Part shown: one piece after another, positions 29,083 through 32,000 of the stretch
Position numbering within the stretch: the stretch's first letter is position 1
Layout: every line of letters begins with the position of its first letter
Source of the DNA: Enterobacteriaceae endosymbiont of Donacia thalassina
GTDB lineage: Bacteria; Pseudomonadota; Gammaproteobacteria; Enterobacterales; Enterobacteriaceae
Length of the DNA stretch: 32,000 bases
Reading direction: 5' to 3'
NCBI RefSeq assembly: GCF_012568245.1
Contig: NZ_CP046188.1
Location: 423,962 to 455,961, forward strand
Notes under the pieces: generated by a model
Told to the model about the DNA's origin: nothing
Database searches by the model: none
What the model saw: the letters and a program-made list of their open reading frames with translations, nothing else
Translations under genes and position numbers: made by a program

Positions 29083-29109
29083 ATTTTTATTAAAAAAAAG
29101 AGTTTTAAA

Positions 29110-30855
29110 ATGTTTCATTTATTTTATTTCTTAAAAAACTATCAAAAACATGTTAAAAAAATTTTTTTAGGAATTTTTTTATCTATAATAAATAATTTTA
29201 TGAATTTGTTTTTATCTATAATATCTGGATATTTATTAACTTCTACGTTTTTATTAAGTATGCAAAATAATAATATTTATTATAATTATATAATACCTAC
29301 AACTATTATTAGATTAATTTCAATAATTAAAATTATTACTAAATATTTTGAAAAAATCATTCAACATAATAATACTTTACATTTTTTAAAAAATTTAAGA
29401 ATTTTAATTCTAAATAAAATTTTTCCTTTATATCCATCTAAATTAATTTCATTTCATAATATTGAAATATTAAATATATTAATTTCTGATATTGAAATAT
29501 TAGATTTTTTATATTTACAAATAATTACTCCTTTTTTAATAATAAGTATTATAACTTTGATAGTTTTATTATATTTAAGTTTATTTAATATAATTTTTTT
29601 TTTAATCTTATTCATTAATATATTAATATTAATTATATTTTATTTTTTTTATTTTTATCAAAAGGGTAAAATAATAGGAAAAAAAAATATAAGTATAAAA
29701 AAAAAATATTATAACTTAATAAATAATTTTTTATCATTTTATACTGAATATAAAATATTTGAAGGTATAAAATATATATCTAATAAAATTAATATATTAG
29801 AATTAAATTTAGAAAAAATACAATTAATAAAAAACAATTACAATATTAATTCTCAATTATTAATAAGTATTATTACTGATATTAATATATTAATAATATT
29901 AATATATAATCATATTTATTTTTATGATATTAAATTACAACATAAAATTATATTATTTCTATTATTTCTAATAACTTTTTCAAAAATATTATTTCCTCTA
30001 AATAATATTTTTCAAAATATTCATGAAATTTTTTTTTCAGCCAAGAAAATTTTTAATATTATCAAACAAAAACCAATTATTACTTTTATAAATCAAAATA
30101 AGAATTATATTAATTCTTCTCTGAAATTAGATATAAATAATTTATTTTTTTATTATAATAAAAAATATCCATATATACTAAAAAATATATCTTTACATAT
30201 AAAAAAAAAACAAAAAATAGCTATTACTGGATATAATGGTTGTGGAAAATCTACATTATTTATGTTATTAACTCGAGCATGGGATCCTATTAAAGGAAGT
30301 ATTTATTTAAATAAATATAATTTAAAAAAATGGGATTTATTAACATTAAGAAAAAATATAAGTGTTTTACCCCAACAAATATATTTATTTAGTGATACAC
30401 TAAAAAATAATATTTTATTAAATAATCAAAATAATTTAAATATTAATGATAAAGATTTAATAAAAATTTTAAAATTAGTAGGTTTAGAAAAATTATTAAA
30501 TAACAAAAAAAATTTAAATCAATGGATGGGTGAAGGTGGTAGAATCCTTTCAGGAGGAGAATTAAAAAAATTAGGAATAGTAAGAATTATATTACATAAT
30601 GGAAATTTAATTTTATTAGATGAACTTACAGAAGGATTAGATCCAATTTCTTCTATTAAAATTATTAAATTAATTTTATCAATTTTTCAAAAAAAAATAA
30701 TTATATTTATTACACATAATATTCATATTATGAAAAAAATGGATTGTATTTATTTTATGAATAATGGTTTTTTAGTTGAAAAAGGTAAATATGATGATTT
30801 AATGAATAAAAAAGGATATTATTGGCATTATATAAAAAATAATATAATATTATGA
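29110..30855 (+). CDS. cydC: ABC transporter CydC (partner of CydD)
   Basis: 581 aa versus 573 aa in E. coli. YNGCGKSTLFMLLTRAWDP matches TGCGKSTLLQQLTRAWDP. Also WMGEGGRILSGGELKKL, LILLDELTEGLD and VGLEKLL. It ends with TGA at 30853-30855. Confidence 0.9.
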   Translation: MFHLFYFLKNYQKHVKKIFLGIFLSIINNFMNLFLSIISGYLLTSTFLLSMQNNNIYYNYIIPTTIIRLISIIKIITKYFEKIIQHNNTLHFLKNLRILILNKIFPLYPSKLISFHNIEILNILISDIEILDFLYLQIITPFLIISIITLIVLLYLSLFNIIFFLILFINILILIIFYFFYFYQKGKIIGKKNISIKKKYYNLINNFLSFYTEYKIFEGIKYISNKINILELNLEKIQLIKNNYNINSQLLISIITDINILIILIYNHIYFYDIKLQHKIILFLLFLITFSKILFPLNNIFQNIHEIFFSAKKIFNIIKQKPIITFINQNKNYINSSLKLDINNLFFYYNKKYPYILKNISLHIKKKQKIAITGYNGCGKSTLFMLLTRAWDPIKGSIYLNKYNLKKWDLLTLRKNISVLPQQIYLFSDTLKNNILLNNQNNLNINDKDLIKILKLVGLEKLLNNKKNLNQWMGEGGRILSGGELKKLGIVRIILHNGNLILLDELTEGLDPISSIKIIKLILSIFQKKIIIFITHNIHIMKKMDCIYFMNNGFLVEKGKYDDLMNKKGYYWHYIKNNIIL

Positions 30856-30886
30856 TTATAATATTTTATTAATATAAGGAATAATA

Positions 30887-31105
30887 ATGTCAAAAGAAGA
30901 GAATATAGAAATGCAAGGAATAGTATTAAATACATTACCTAATACTATTTTTCATGTAAAATTAGAAAATGGACATATAATAACAGCTCATATTTCAGGA
31001 AAAATGAGAAAAAATTATATTCGTATATTAACAGGAGATAAAGTTACTGTTGAATTAACACCATATGATTTAAATAAAGGTAGAATTATTTTCCGTAGTC
31101 GTTAA
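30887..31105 (+). CDS. infA: Translation initiation factor IF-1
   Basis: 72 aa, the same length as E. coli IF-1. [21 protein letters not shown]...[42 protein letters not shown] lies 7 nt upstream. Confidence 0.97.
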   Translation: MSKEENIEMQGIVLNTLPNTIFHVKLENGHIITAHISGKMRKNYIRILTGDKVTVELTPYDLNKGRIIFRSR

Positions 31106-31197
31106 TAATTTTTGATTTAATATTAATGAATATATTTTAAAAGTATTATTACATTACAAATATAATAAATATTATTAATTACTTTATAAACTAGTAA

Positions 31198-32000
31198 TTA
31201 TTTTTTATTTAAAAATTTTTGTGCATCTAATGCAGCCATACATCCTGTTGCTGCTGATGTGATTGCTTGTCTATAAATATTATCCATAACATCACCAGCA
31301 GCAAAAACTCCAGGTATATTTGTTTCTGTAAAATTTGAATTACATGATTTATTTTTATTAGTGATAATATAACCGTTTTTATCTAATTCTAATATTTTTT
31401 TAAATAAAAAACTATTAGGAATAGAACCAATTAATATAAATATACCATATACCGGTATTATTTTAATATTTTTAGTATTTAAAGAATAAATTTTTATTCC
31501 TTTTACTCCAACATTATTTCCTAATATTTCTTTTACAATATAAGGAGTATGTAATATTATTTTTTTATTTTTTATAAATAATTTTAATTTTTGAAGTAAT
31601 ATTTTTTCTGCAGTAAATTTTTTTTTTCTATGAATCAAATGTACTTGAGAAGTAATTTTAGATAAATATAATGCTTCTTCTATAGCTGAATTACCTCCAC
31701 CCACAATTGCAACTACTTTATTACGATAAAAAAATCCATCACAAATAGCACAAGTAGAAATACCTTTTCCTATAAATTTTTTTTCAGAATCTAAACCTAA
31801 AAATTTTGGATATGACCCGGTAGCAATAATCATACTACTACAAATATATGTAAATAAATTACCTTCTACAATAAAGGGTGGTTTTTTTAAATTAATAACT
31901 TTTATTATTGTATCATTAATAATATTAGTATTAAAATATAAAGCATGATTATATAATTGATCCATTAATTTTTGTCCAGTTATTTTTGGATAATTTCCTG
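31198..32000 (-). CDS. trxB: Thioredoxin reductase, C-terminal about 267 codons; the true start lies beyond the right edge
   Basis: Redox-active CAICDG (E. coli CATCDG), NADPH site GGGNSAIEEALYL, and C-terminal GVFAAGDVMD.IYRQAITSA.TGCMAALDA. The track starts at an internal Met (31965). The frame stays open to 32000, and the extra residues GNYPKITGQKL align with E. coli PNDLTGPLL. Confidence 0.93.
   Translation of the reverse strand, partial: GNYPKITGQKLMDQLYNHALYFNTNIINDTIIKVINLKKPPFIVEGNLFTYICSSMIIATGSYPKFLGLDSEKKFIGKGISTCAICDGFFYRNKVVAIVGGGNSAIEEALYLSKITSQVHLIHRKKKFTAEKILLQKLKLFIKNKKIILHTPYIVKEILGNNVGVKGIKIYSLNTKNIKIIPVYGIFILIGSIPNSFLFKKILELDKNGYIITNKNKSCNSNFTETNIPGVFAAGDVMDNIYRQAITSAATGCMAALDAQKFLNKK

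Noticed and set aside
30853-30855. Possible UGA-to-Trp recoding, as in some tiny-genome symbionts.
   Set aside because: Trp is encoded by TGG throughout, for example in lgt, potB and gyrB. cydC terminates at TGA exactly where the E. coli protein ends. The standard bacterial code (table 11) therefore applies.
31176-31200. An 8-bp inverted repeat (taattact ... agtaatta) between infA and trxB.
   Set aside because: It overlaps the trxB stop codon, has only one G:C pair and a 9-nt loop. It is not distinguishable from chance.
1-32000. A search for CRISPR arrays, IS or transposase genes, integrases, phage genes, toxin-antitoxin or restriction/defence genes, and tRNA, rRNA or other structured RNA genes.
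   Set aside because: No spaced direct repeats are present, and every ORF over 70 aa is accounted for by a housekeeping orthologue or an antisense artefact. No intergenic segment has the local G+C enrichment that tRNA or rRNA genes keep even in A+T-rich symbionts.

Overview
This window is extremely A+T-rich (by eye about 15-20% G+C, with spacers near 5%) and gene-dense (about 92% coding). It looks like part of a strongly reduced chromosome from an Enterobacterales-derived obligate insect endosymbiont. I cannot name the species from sequence alone.

I can support 29 protein genes. All are housekeeping, appear intact, and are close in length to their E. coli orthologues. In order they are: recC (partial)-lgt, mutH, lysA, ptsH-ptsI-crr, ruvC-yebC-aspS, argS-mnmA-potABC, mutM-mnmE-yidC-rnpA-rpmH, dnaN-gyrB, rpoZ, ppa-eno-cydDC-infA, and trxB (partial).

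Two real genes are missing from the supplied ORF track. recC is open at the left edge, and rpmH is only 50 codons long. Four track ORFs are antisense or overlapping artefacts.

I see no rRNA, tRNA, CRISPR array, IS or transposase, prophage, toxin-antitoxin or defence gene. I do not find a novel multi-gene system here, and this is core genome rather than accessory DNA.

What deserves a second look is reductive-evolution structure:
- dnaA and recF are cleanly absent from the rpmH-dnaA-dnaN-recF-gyrB cluster.
- thyA, potD, ruvAB and aat are absent from their conserved positions.
- mutM is translationally fused onto the rpmH-rnpA-yidC-mnmE operon.
- Many in-frame poly(A) tracts of 10 nt or more lie inside genes.
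- gyrB starts with TTG.
- One G:C-containing hairpin follows eno.
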